In this document: positions 25,585-38,401 of the stretch, piece by piece
Numbering within the stretch: the first letter of the stretch is position 1
Layout: each line of letters begins with the position of its first letter
Source of the DNA: Acidimicrobiia bacterium
Lineage (GTDB): Bacteria > Actinomycetota > Acidimicrobiia > Acidimicrobiales > AC-14
Assembly (NCBI GenBank): GCA_023264995.1
Contig: JAHFUR010000014.1
Coordinates: forward strand, 32,453 to 96,452
DNA length: 64,000 nucleotides
Direction: 5' to 3'
Position numbers and translations under genes: made by a program
The notes under the pieces: generated by a model
The model's database searches: none
Told to the model about the DNA's origin: nothing
Seen by the model: the letters and a program-made list of their open reading frames with translations, nothing else

Positions 25585-26597
25585 GGATCCTCGCCGCCAT
25601 GTCCGGCGGCGTGGACTCGTCGGTGGCCGCCGCCCTGCTCGTCGAGGAGGGCCACGAGGTCACCGGCGTGACGTTGCGGCTCTGGGACAACCCCACCGAC
25701 GCCGGCTGCTGCTCGGTGGCCGAGATCGACGATGCCCGGTCGGTCTCCAACCTGCTCGGTATCGACCACCTGGTGTGGACCTTCATCGAGGAGTTCGACG
25801 CCAAGGTCGTCGCGCCGTACGCCGCGGCCCATGCCGAGGGGCTGACCCCCAACCCGTGCATCGAGTGCAACCGCCACCTCAAGTTCGGCCGCCTCCTGCG
25901 GCGGGCCACCCAGCTCGGCTTCGACGCCGTGGCCACCGGCCACCACGCCCGGATCGTCGACGGGCGCCTCCTGCGGGGCGCCGACCCGCAGAAGGACCAG
26001 TCCTACGTGCTGTACGTGCTCGGCCAGGACGAGCTGCGCCGGTGCCGTTTCCCCGTCGGGACCATGACCAAGGCCGGGGTGCGGGCCAAGGCCGCGGCCC
26101 TCGGCCTCCCCACGGCGGCCAAGCCCGACAGCCAGGACGTCTGCTTCGTCACCACCAGTGGTGGCCGCCACGCCCTGCTGGCGTCGCGCATCCCCCTGCA
26201 CGCCGGCCGGGTGGTCGATACCGCCGGCGCCCAGGTCGGGTCGGTGGACGCGCTGGAGCTGGTGACCGTGGGCCAGCGCAAGGGGCTCGGCACGGGTGGC
26301 GGCCCCCGGCGCTACGCGGTGCACGTGGACACCGCCGCCCGCACCGTCACCGTCGGCGACGCCGGCGACCTGCTGGCCGGTTCGGTGCGGCTCGGTCAGC
26401 TCTGCTGGGTCGACGGTCCGGTCGAAGGGAGGGTCGACGTGCAGACCAGCGCCCACGGGGAGCCGGTCGGCGCGGCGTTCGACGGCACGGCGGTGCGGTT
26501 CGACGAGCCCCAGCGCCGGGTGGCCCCCGGCCAGAGCGTCGTCCTGTACCGGGGCGACGAGGTGCTCGGGGGAGGGGTGGCCGTCGTCGCGGGTTAG
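25581..26597 (+). CDS. mnmA: tRNA 2-thiouridine(34) synthase
   Basis: PP-loop AMSGGVDSSV, NPCIECNRHLKFG, ATGHHAR, KDQSYVL. The ATG overlaps the iscS stop. Confidence 0.92.
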   Translation: MRILAAMSGGVDSSVAAALLVEEGHEVTGVTLRLWDNPTDAGCCSVAEIDDARSVSNLLGIDHLVWTFIEEFDAKVVAPYAAAHAEGLTPNPCIECNRHLKFGRLLRRATQLGFDAVATGHHARIVDGRLLRGADPQKDQSYVLYVLGQDELRRCRFPVGTMTKAGVRAKAAALGLPTAAKPDSQDVCFVTTSGGRHALLASRIPLHAGRVVDTAGAQVGSVDALELVTVGQRKGLGTGGGPRRYAVHVDTAARTVTVGDAGDLLAGSVRLGQLCWVDGPVEGRVDVQTSAHGEPVGAAFDGTAVRFDEPQRRVAPGQSVVLYRGDEVLGGGVAVVAG

Positions 26598-26763
26598 CCC
26601 GCGGCTCACGGCGGCCTTCGACCCCCCGTGGCGCTCAACGTCCCCAGGGATCGACTTGGCGGCTTTCCTCGTCAGCCGGCCGAGGCCAATCGGTGGGTTC
26701 AGGCGAAGACGGCTACCTCGTACGGATCAACCCAGTCGTACGTACGCGTGCCACAATCCGGAC

Positions 26764-27402
26764 ATGGGGCAAATCGTGGCGTTCACCGACAACATCAACG
26801 ACCTCTCCAACGAGGGTGGGTTCCAGTTCGAGTTCGTGTGTGAGCGGTGTGGCAACGGCTACCGGTCGCCGTACATGGTCAACAACAAGGAGCGGGGCCG
26901 CGGTCTTCTGCGCAGCGCCGGTTCGCTCTTCGGCGGCAAGCTGGCCGAGATCAGCGGCGCCGCCGAGCAGATCGGCTTCGACCGGGCAAGCAACTCGGCA
27001 GCCAAGGACAAGGCCATAAGGGCCGCGGTCGAGGCGGTCAAGGACGAGTTCAAGCAGTGCCGGAACTGCGGCAACTGGGTCTGCGTCACCGTGTGCTGGA
27101 ACGACGAAATCGGGCAGTGCCTCAACTGCTCGCCGAGTGTGGCCGAGACCCTCTCGGCGGCACAGGCCGCGGCCCAGGTGCAGCAGATCCAGGAGAAGGC
27201 CCAGACGGTCGACTGGACGGCCGATCTCGACATGAAGCAGCGGGCCAAGGTGAAGTGCCCTCACTGCGGCGCCGCCGTCGAGGGGGGCAAGTTCTGCCCT
27301 GAATGCGGGAAAGCGCTGTCCCTGCGAGTCTTCTGCGGCAACTGCGGCGCCGAGATGGAGGCGGGCAAGAAGTTTTGCTCGGAGTGCGGGCAGAAGCTCT
27401 GA
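26764..27402 (+). CDS. Multi-zinc-ribbon protein (4-5 CxxC pairs), function unknown
   Basis: FVCERCGNGY, CRNCGNWVCVTVCWNDEIGQCLNC, CPHCGA..GKFCPECG, FCGNCGA..KKFCSECG. There is no Shine-Dalgarno; CACAAT lies 6 nt upstream of the ATG, so the mRNA may be leaderless. Confidence 0.6.
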   Translation: MGQIVAFTDNINDLSNEGGFQFEFVCERCGNGYRSPYMVNNKERGRGLLRSAGSLFGGKLAEISGAAEQIGFDRASNSAAKDKAIRAAVEAVKDEFKQCRNCGNWVCVTVCWNDEIGQCLNCSPSVAETLSAAQAAAQVQQIQEKAQTVDWTADLDMKQRAKVKCPHCGAAVEGGKFCPECGKALSLRVFCGNCGAEMEAGKKFCSECGQKL

Positions 27403-28448
27403 GCGCCTTTCGTTGCCGCCTCGACGGGCAGCCCGCCGAGGCCTCGATCGACGTCGACGGCCTCGCTGTCGCCGGCCGGACGCTCGCCTACCTCGACATG
27501 GACGAGATCCGGGTCGACGGGTGGAACGTCCAGCTGGAGATGGCCGGGCAGCCCCCCGTCACCCTCACCCAGCTCGGCCGCGGCCGTGACGACTTCCTGG
27601 CCGAGCTCCGGGCCGCCCGTTCCCCTGTCCGCCGGGCCGCGCTGCTTCAATGGACCGGCGACGTCCCGATCGACGCCTTCGTCGCCGGCCACGGGCCCGA
27701 GTCGCGCACGGTCACGCTCTTCCCCGACGGCCTCGTGGTCGAGCCCTTCGTGGGCCCACCGATGTCGGTGCCCCTCGGCCTCGTCGACCGCGTCGACCGG
27801 GACGGCTACACCATCACCCTGACCCTCCGCGGGCTGCCGCCGCTGGTCCTGCACCAGCTCGGCAAACGGACCGAGGAGTTCCTCACCGACCTCGACCGAG
27901 CCCGCTCCGACCTGGCCGAGCGCACCGCGGCCGCCTACGCGACCTACGACCCCGCCCTCGCCGGCCTGCGCGCCCCCGACGGCTGGGCCGTCACCATTGA
28001 GGACGCCGGCCCGAACTGGGAGCCACTCCGGAGCGCTGTCGCCGGCCAGTCCCGCGCGACCGAGGTGGACGTCCTGGACGGCATCGCCGGCGACCGCCTC
28101 CGCCTCGGGATCAAGGCGGTCACGGGGGGCAGCGAGCCACTCCCCTTCGCGTTGGCGCCGGCCGGCGACCGAGTCGCCGTCGAGGGTACCGACACGGACG
28201 CCCGAGCCACCTACGTCTTCGCCGCGGGGGCCGGCGAGGCCGACGTCGACCGGCTCAATGTCGTCCTGCTGCTCGTCAGCTTCCGGCGGGAGGCGCTCTA
28301 CCTGCCGGACGACGAGCTCGGACGGTGGGCCGTGGCGGCCCGCACGCTGGACGTCGTCCGGTGGGCTCGCGCCGCGCTGGTGGCACGCATCGTCCACGAC
28401 GAGAAATGGGAGGTCAACCTCCAGGCCGCGCTCCGCTCAGGGGGCTGA
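27384..28448 (+). CDS. Hypothetical protein with an internally duplicated ~45-aa module (start uncertain)
   Basis: DGWNVQLEMAGQPPVTLTQLGRGRDDFLAELRAARS (nt ~27498-27640) matches DGYTITLTLRGLPPLVLHQLGKRTEEFLTDLDRARS (~27783-27930). GTG 27384 gives a 19-nt overlap with the zinc-ribbon gene. ATG 27303 would overlap by 100 nt, and ATG 27498 is also possible. Confidence 0.5.
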   Translation: MRAEALSAFRCRLDGQPAEASIDVDGLAVAGRTLAYLDMDEIRVDGWNVQLEMAGQPPVTLTQLGRGRDDFLAELRAARSPVRRAALLQWTGDVPIDAFVAGHGPESRTVTLFPDGLVVEPFVGPPMSVPLGLVDRVDRDGYTITLTLRGLPPLVLHQLGKRTEEFLTDLDRARSDLAERTAAAYATYDPALAGLRAPDGWAVTIEDAGPNWEPLRSAVAGQSRATEVDVLDGIAGDRLRLGIKAVTGGSEPLPFALAPAGDRVAVEGTDTDARATYVFAAGAGEADVDRLNVVLLLVSFRREALYLPDDELGRWAVAARTLDVVRWARAALVARIVHDEKWEVNLQAALRSGG

Positions 28449-28645
28449 ACCACCGACCGCCGTCGGTCCAGCGTCTGCCCGACTACCGACTGATGGCGAT
28501 GAGAGCCCAAGGACCAAGAAGACCGAACCGACTGGGCCGGCGATCGAGTCGGGTTCTCGGGCTCGCCGACGACGAGCGCCACAGCGCACCGCCGACTTCG
28601 TTGGCCCGCGGGTAGCGTCGCGTCGAGAAAACGGAAGGGGCGGAC

Positions 28646-34076
<5,431 letters not shown>

Positions 34077-34150
34077 TCGCCCGATGACCGCCAGGGCCGC
34101 GACTCGTAGCGTTCTCCTTGTCGAGATCACCCCCTACAGGAGGACCTGAA

Positions 34151-34543
34151 ATGTCCGAGCACCCCAACGCCACCCTTATCCGCCGGGGCTACGAGGCCTT
34201 CAACACCGGCGACATTGCCTTCTTCGTCGAGTCCTACGCCGCCGACATCGTCGAGCACCAGCCCGGCCACAACATCATGTCCGGCGAGTACAACGGCGTG
34301 GAGGCCGTGCTCGGCTTCTACGGCCGGCTGGCCGCCGAGACCGGGGGCACGTTCCGGGCCGAGCTGGAGCAGGTGCTGGCCAACGACCAGCGGGTCGTGG
34401 CCGTCCACCACTCGACTGCGACGCGAGCGGGTAAGACGCTCGACTGCCGCACGGCGCTGCTGTTCGAGCTCCGCGATGGCAAGGTCGTCGACATCGACAC
34501 CCTGGACGACGACGTCGACGCCTGGGAGGAGTTCTTCTGCTAG
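34151..34543 (+). CDS. NTF2/SnoaL-like small protein
   Basis: AGGAGG Shine-Dalgarno 7 nt upstream. NATLIRRGYEAFNTGDIAFFVESYAADIV.H.....SGEY.G.EAV..FY... is typical of the ketosteroid-isomerase-like fold. Confidence 0.7.
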   Translation: MSEHPNATLIRRGYEAFNTGDIAFFVESYAADIVEHQPGHNIMSGEYNGVEAVLGFYGRLAAETGGTFRAELEQVLANDQRVVAVHHSTATRAGKTLDCRTALLFELRDGKVVDIDTLDDDVDAWEEFFC

Positions 34544-34563
34544 TCGAGCTGGAGCTGGTATCG

Positions 34564-35187
34564 GTGAACGTCGCCCTGCCCCGTGTGCTGGGTGACCACC
34601 GGGGCCAGCCCGTCACCAGCGGTATCGCCAAGCAGCCGGTCACGGCCGAGTTCCTGTGGCTCGGCACGCTGAACCTCGAGGGCGACGCCCAGGCCGACCT
34701 CGAGGTCCACGGCGGCCCGGACAAGGCGGTCTACGCGTACGCGTCCGAGCACCTGCCGGCGTGGGCGGCCGAGCTGGGCCAGGAGCTGGGGCCGGCGCCT
34801 TTCGGCGAGAACCTGAGCACGCGTGGCGGCACGGAGGACGACGTCTGCATCGGCGACCGGTGGTTCTGGGGCGACGCCGTCCTGGAGGTGTGCCAGCCCC
34901 GGTCGCCCTGTTACAAGCTGGCCATGTACCGGGGCAGGGGTGACATGACCCGCCTGTTCCGCCAGAGCGGCCGCAGTGGCTGGTACCTGCGGGTGCTCCA
35001 GCCCGGCCGCGTCCCGGTGGCCGGGCCGGTCCGGGTCGAGCCCCACCCGGTCGGCGCCACGGTGGCGGTCGTCAACGAGGCGGCCCGGCCCGGCTCGGTC
35101 CCGACGGAGGTCATCGAAGCCCTCCTGGCCGTCGACCCGCTGGCGCTGGAGTGGAAGCTGGCCCTGGCCGAACGCCTGCCGTACTGA
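34564..35187 (+). CDS. MOSC domain protein (YiiM-like)
   Basis: ...TSGIAKQPV....L...NLEGDAQADLEVHGGPDKAVYAY...FGENL...G..ED.VCIGD......A.LEV.QPR.PCYKL.... Confidence 0.8.
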   Translation: MNVALPRVLGDHRGQPVTSGIAKQPVTAEFLWLGTLNLEGDAQADLEVHGGPDKAVYAYASEHLPAWAAELGQELGPAPFGENLSTRGGTEDDVCIGDRWFWGDAVLEVCQPRSPCYKLAMYRGRGDMTRLFRQSGRSGWYLRVLQPGRVPVAGPVRVEPHPVGATVAVVNEAARPGSVPTEVIEALLAVDPLALEWKLALAERLPY

Positions 35188-35197
35188 GCCTGTGCCG

Positions 35198-35545
35198 ATG
35201 CCGACCCTCCGCCGCGCGGTCGCCCTCCTGCTCGCCGCCGGCGCGCTGGGCGGGTGCGGCGCGGGCTCGCCGGCGGGCGCCCCGGGCGGGCAGACGTTCG
35301 ATCTCACCGCGGTCGACCTGGCCTTCACGGCCACCGACATCAAGCTGGCCCCCGGCGAGGTGACGTTCGTGGTCAAGAACGCCGACCCCGACTACCACAA
35401 CCTCACTATCTTCGGCGCCAAGGTGTACAAGGACGTCGGCCCCCACAAGACGGTCAAGGTGAAGGTCAACCTGGTGCCCGGGACCTACCCGTTCCGGTGC
35501 GAGTACCACCCCGACACCATGAAGGGCACCATCGTCGTGAGCTGA
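35198..35545 (+). CDS. Cupredoxin-fold lipoprotein (type-1 copper site candidates)
   Basis: Lipobox LLAAGALGGCG. ...EVTFVVKNADPDYHNLTIF...PGTYPFRCEYHPDTMKGTIVV has His..Cys-x2-His-x3-Met ligand spacing. Confidence 0.75.
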   Translation: MPTLRRAVALLLAAGALGGCGAGSPAGAPGGQTFDLTAVDLAFTATDIKLAPGEVTFVVKNADPDYHNLTIFGAKVYKDVGPHKTVKVKVNLVPGTYPFRCEYHPDTMKGTIVVS

Positions 35546-35612
35546 CTCCCCGATCGTTTGGTCAATCGGTGGTGACATGCCACCCCCGATTGACCAAACG
35601 ATCGGGGAGTCA
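35543..35612. terminator. Perfect 27-bp inverted repeat filling the gap between two convergent genes (bidirectional terminator candidate)
   Basis: TGACTCCCCGATCGTTTGGTCAATCGG (35543-69) / CCGATTGACCAAACGATCGGGGAGTCA (35586-612). The 16-nt loop has an inner GGTG/CACC pair. The outermost triplets are the two stop codons. Confidence 0.7.
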
Positions 35613-36473
35613 GGAGGCCTCGATGTCCTTGTTCTCGAAGACGAACTGGCTGGCCACGAAGGTCGCCCCCTGCGGGTCCTTGATGACCACCACCCTGCTC
35701 CATGGGGCATCGGAGGGACCGGCGACGACCTGCCCCCCGAGCTCGAGGGCCTTGGCGGCGGTGGCCGTGGCGTCGTCGACGGCGAAGGTCACGCTCCACT
35801 GCGCCGGCATCTCGGGCCCGTCGGCGGCGATCGGCGTGAGGGCGGCCACGACGTCGATGAAGCCCTCCGGCGCACCCATGCCCGCCATCTGCTCGCGGAG
35901 GCCCGGGCTGCGTTCCTCGAGGTGGTCGCCGTAGCCGGGGAGCGTCCACATCAGGCCGGCGGGCAGGGCCAGGGCCTGCCATCCGAAGACGGCGCCGTAG
36001 AACGCCTTGGCCCCGTCGGGATCGCGAGTGGCGAGGGTGTTGAAATTCAGGGAGCCGTGCTCGTTGACGATCCGGGCCCCCTTGTGGCGGTTGGCCTGCC
36101 AGACGCAGAACACGGCGCCTTCGGGATCGGTCAGGACCGCCATCCGTCCCGCGTCCAGGACGTCGAAGGGCTCCATGGCGACGCCGCCGCCGGCGGCGCG
36201 GGCCTTGGCCGCCGTCTCCTCGGCGTCCGCGACCCAGATGTAGGTGTTCCACATGGCCATCGGCGGCGCGCCGTCGGGGACCGACCCGACCGCGGCCACG
36301 TCGCCGCCGCGGATGCGGCCCATGAAGTACTGGCCCCCGGCTCCCTCGGGCATCACGCTCTCGAACTCCCACCCGAAGAGCCCCTGGTAGAAGGGAAGGG
36401 CGGCCTCGGGGTCGGGCTGGGTGGTGTCGACCCAGGAGGGGACCCCGGGGATGTACCCGTCGCGCTCAGGCAT
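35610..36473 (-). CDS. Two-domain VOC (glyoxalase/bleomycin-resistance/dioxygenase) family protein
   Basis: ...PSWVDTTQPDPEAALPFYQGLFGWEF... and a second ...DPDGAKAFYGAVFGWQA...; ..VLTDPEGAVF.. / ..VIKDPQGATF.. are paired beta-alpha-beta-beta-beta modules. Confidence 0.8.
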   Translation of the reverse strand: MPERDGYIPGVPSWVDTTQPDPEAALPFYQGLFGWEFESVMPEGAGGQYFMGRIRGGDVAAVGSVPDGAPPMAMWNTYIWVADAEETAAKARAAGGGVAMEPFDVLDAGRMAVLTDPEGAVFCVWQANRHKGARIVNEHGSLNFNTLATRDPDGAKAFYGAVFGWQALALPAGLMWTLPGYGDHLEERSPGLREQMAGMGAPEGFIDVVAALTPIAADGPEMPAQWSVTFAVDDATATAAKALELGGQVVAGPSDAPWSRVVVIKDPQGATFVASQFVFENKDIEAS

Positions 36474-36563
36474 GCCGTCCCCTCCTGCTGTTCGTCGTCG
36501 CCCACTGGCACCAGCGGCCGCTCAGTCTGCATCATCCCGCGCCGCCAAGGCCGCGCTCGGCGC

Positions 36564-37007
36564 CTACTCGACCGCCGTCGGGCCGACCGCGGCCCGGATC
36601 CGGGCCGCGGTGGCGGCCATCTCGGCGTCGCCGGCGTAGCGTTGGCGGGGCCAGAAGAAGCCGCGCAGGCCGTCCTTGCGCCGGCGGGGGACGATGTGGA
36701 CGTGCAGGTGGGGCACGCTCTGGCTGACCCGGTTGTTCATGGCGACGAACGTGCCGTCGGCGTCGAGGGCGGCTTCGACCGCCCGCGCCAACCGCTGGGC
36801 GGCGTCGAACAGGGGGCCGACCAGGGCCGGCGGGAGGTCGGCCAAGGTCTCGTGGTGGTCACGGGGCACGAGCAGGACGTGGCCGGGGAACACGGGGCGG
36901 ATGTCGAGGAAGGCCACGGTGGCCCCGTCGGACGCCACCACGTGGGCCGGGGTGGCGCCGGCGACGATGGCGCAGAACAGGCAGCCGGTGGCCGGGGGCT
37001 CAGCCAT
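36564..37007 (-). CDS. HIT (histidine triad) family nucleotide hydrolase/transferase
   Basis: CLFCAIVAG..., PGHVLLVP, and the histidine triad VPHLHVHIVP. The start ATG lies inside the last codons of the upstream NTase gene (ATGGCTGA, 8-nt overlap). Confidence 0.85.
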   Translation of the reverse strand: MAEPPATGCLFCAIVAGATPAHVVASDGATVAFLDIRPVFPGHVLLVPRDHHETLADLPPALVGPLFDAAQRLARAVEAALDADGTFVAMNNRVSQSVPHLHVHIVPRRRKDGLRGFFWPRQRYAGDAEMAATAARIRAAVGPTAVE

Positions 37008-37560
37008 GCCCGTCACGGAGGTACCGGCGCAATCTGGCCAACCGCGGGTGCATGGCCGGGCCGCGCAGGCCGACGAGCTGGCGCTCGACATAGTCGGCGT
37101 CGAGGTCGGGCCTCGATGCGGCGATGGCCCGCAGGTCGACCCAGTCCTTCTCCCGCCCGAAGGACAGCTTGAACACGGTCAGGTCCTCGGCGGAGAGGAA
37201 CGGCAGTCGGTGGCCTCCGGCGCCGAACGGTTGCAGGACCACCCGCCGGCGGACTTCGTCGTAGCCGGGGTCGAGCGACGCGAAGACGTCGACCGGGTAC
37301 GGCACCCCGTCGCGCCAGAGGCGGACGCCGGCGATCGGCAGCCAGTGCTCAGGAGCGGCCTCCGGCCGGAGGTCGATCGTCGCCAAGGCACGGAGGACGA
37401 TGCCGATGTCGTCGATGGGGGTGAACACGTTGACGTCGACATCGACGGTGCCCCGGGGCTCGGCGACGTACGCCAAAGCCAACGCCCCTCCGAACGCGTG
37501 GTGAAGGCCGGCGTGGACCAAGGCGCCGTGGACCTCGACGACGAACTCGACGAAGCTCAC
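37000..37560 (-). CDS. Minimal Pol-beta-superfamily nucleotidyltransferase (toxin-like)
   Basis: FGGALALAYVAEPRGTVDVDVNV fits hG[GS]-x9-13-DhDh. C-terminal ..DLTVFKLSFGREKDWVDLRAI.. is typical of small bacterial NTases. The GTG start overlaps the XRE stop (GTGA). Confidence 0.65.
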   Translation of the reverse strand: MSFVEFVVEVHGALVHAGLHHAFGGALALAYVAEPRGTVDVDVNVFTPIDDIGIVLRALATIDLRPEAAPEHWLPIAGVRLWRDGVPYPVDVFASLDPGYDEVRRRVVLQPFGAGGHRLPFLSAEDLTVFKLSFGREKDWVDLRAIAASRPDLDADYVERQLVGLRGPAMHPRLARLRRYLRDGHG

Positions 37561-37919
37561 CGGTGGTAGGTGGCGTCGACCGCGTCGAGGACGGCGGCCA
37601 CGACCCGGGCCCGTTCCTCGGGGGAGGCGTCGGGCGCCAGGGCCGGGCGCTCGTCGGGCGGGTCACCGGGGAGGGGGTCGGTCGAGCCGTCGTCGCCGGG
37701 CAGGGCGCAGAAGATGGTGCGGGCGCCGGCGGTGGCCGACAGTTCGAAGCCGCAGGCCACGACCAGGCGGTTCAGTGTGTCGGCCGACGGGATGCGCCGG
37801 CCGTTCTCGATGGCCGAGATGTTGGTCTGGGCGACGCCGGACACCTCGGCCAGCTCCCGTTGGGTCATGGCCCGGGCTTCGCGCACCGACCGGACGAAGG
37901 CACCGTACACCCGCGCCAC
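37557..37919 (-). CDS. XRE-family helix-turn-helix protein (antitoxin-like) with Pro/Asp-rich tail
   Basis: VREARAMTQRELAEVSGVAQTNISAIENGRRIPSADTLNRLV is a canonical Cro/C1 HTH. Confidence 0.8.
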   Translation of the reverse strand: MARVYGAFVRSVREARAMTQRELAEVSGVAQTNISAIENGRRIPSADTLNRLVVACGFELSATAGARTIFCALPGDDGSTDPLPGDPPDERPALAPDASPEERARVVAAVLDAVDATYHR

Positions 37920-37921
37920 TC

Positions 37922-37935
37922 TATCGACTTCGATA
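37922..37935. promoter_or_regulatory. Palindromic operator candidate upstream of the XRE gene
   Basis: TATCGA-ct-TCGATA lies 3 nt upstream of the XRE GTG, in a short stretch that looks AT-richer than its surroundings (37920-37945). Confidence 0.35.
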
Positions 37936-37943
37936 TAGCAACT

Positions 37944-38339
37944 TCAGTGGAGGCGGAAGCACCAGCGGTAGGGCGTCGAGCTCTCCCGGGGGTCGCCGAT
38001 CTGCCGGTAGAACACGGTGGCACAGTGCGAGCCGGGCTCGAGGGTGGCGAAATCGCTGCCCGGGCCGGGCTTCAGGGTGACGGTGTTGAGGGCGTCGACG
38101 ATCTGCACGTCGTCCTCGGGGACTTCGTTGCCGTCGATGGCCAGGTAGCCGGTGTAGCCGGGGGCCAGGTCGGCCACGATCATCACCTGGCGCAGCTCGA
38201 GGTTGCCGGGGAAGGGGAAGACCGACTCGACCGCCGCCGGCCGGGCCGGCCCACTGTTGGTGGTGGGGCCGGAGAAGGCGAACACCAGCAGGCCGACGGC
38301 AATGGCGGCGATGACGGTCATGATCAGGCGGCGGAGCAC
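37944..38339 (-). CDS. Small N-terminally anchored hypothetical protein (start uncertain: 38339 GTG / 38321 ATG / 38387 GTG)
   Basis: VLRRLIMTVIAAIAVGLLVFAF TM anchor followed by a ~100-aa domain (..GYTGYLAIDGNEVPEDDVQIVD..). Divergent from pknB. Confidence 0.45.
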   Translation of the reverse strand: MLRRLIMTVIAAIAVGLLVFAFSGPTTNSGPARPAAVESVFPFPGNLELRQVMIVADLAPGYTGYLAIDGNEVPEDDVQIVDALNTVTLKPGPGSDFATLEPGSHCATVFYRQIGDPRESSTPYRWCFRLH

Positions 38340-38401
38340 GCGCCATTCTCTCCCACTGTGATTGCCAGTGGTTGGGCGGCCGCGCACGGTACCCTTGCGA
38401 C

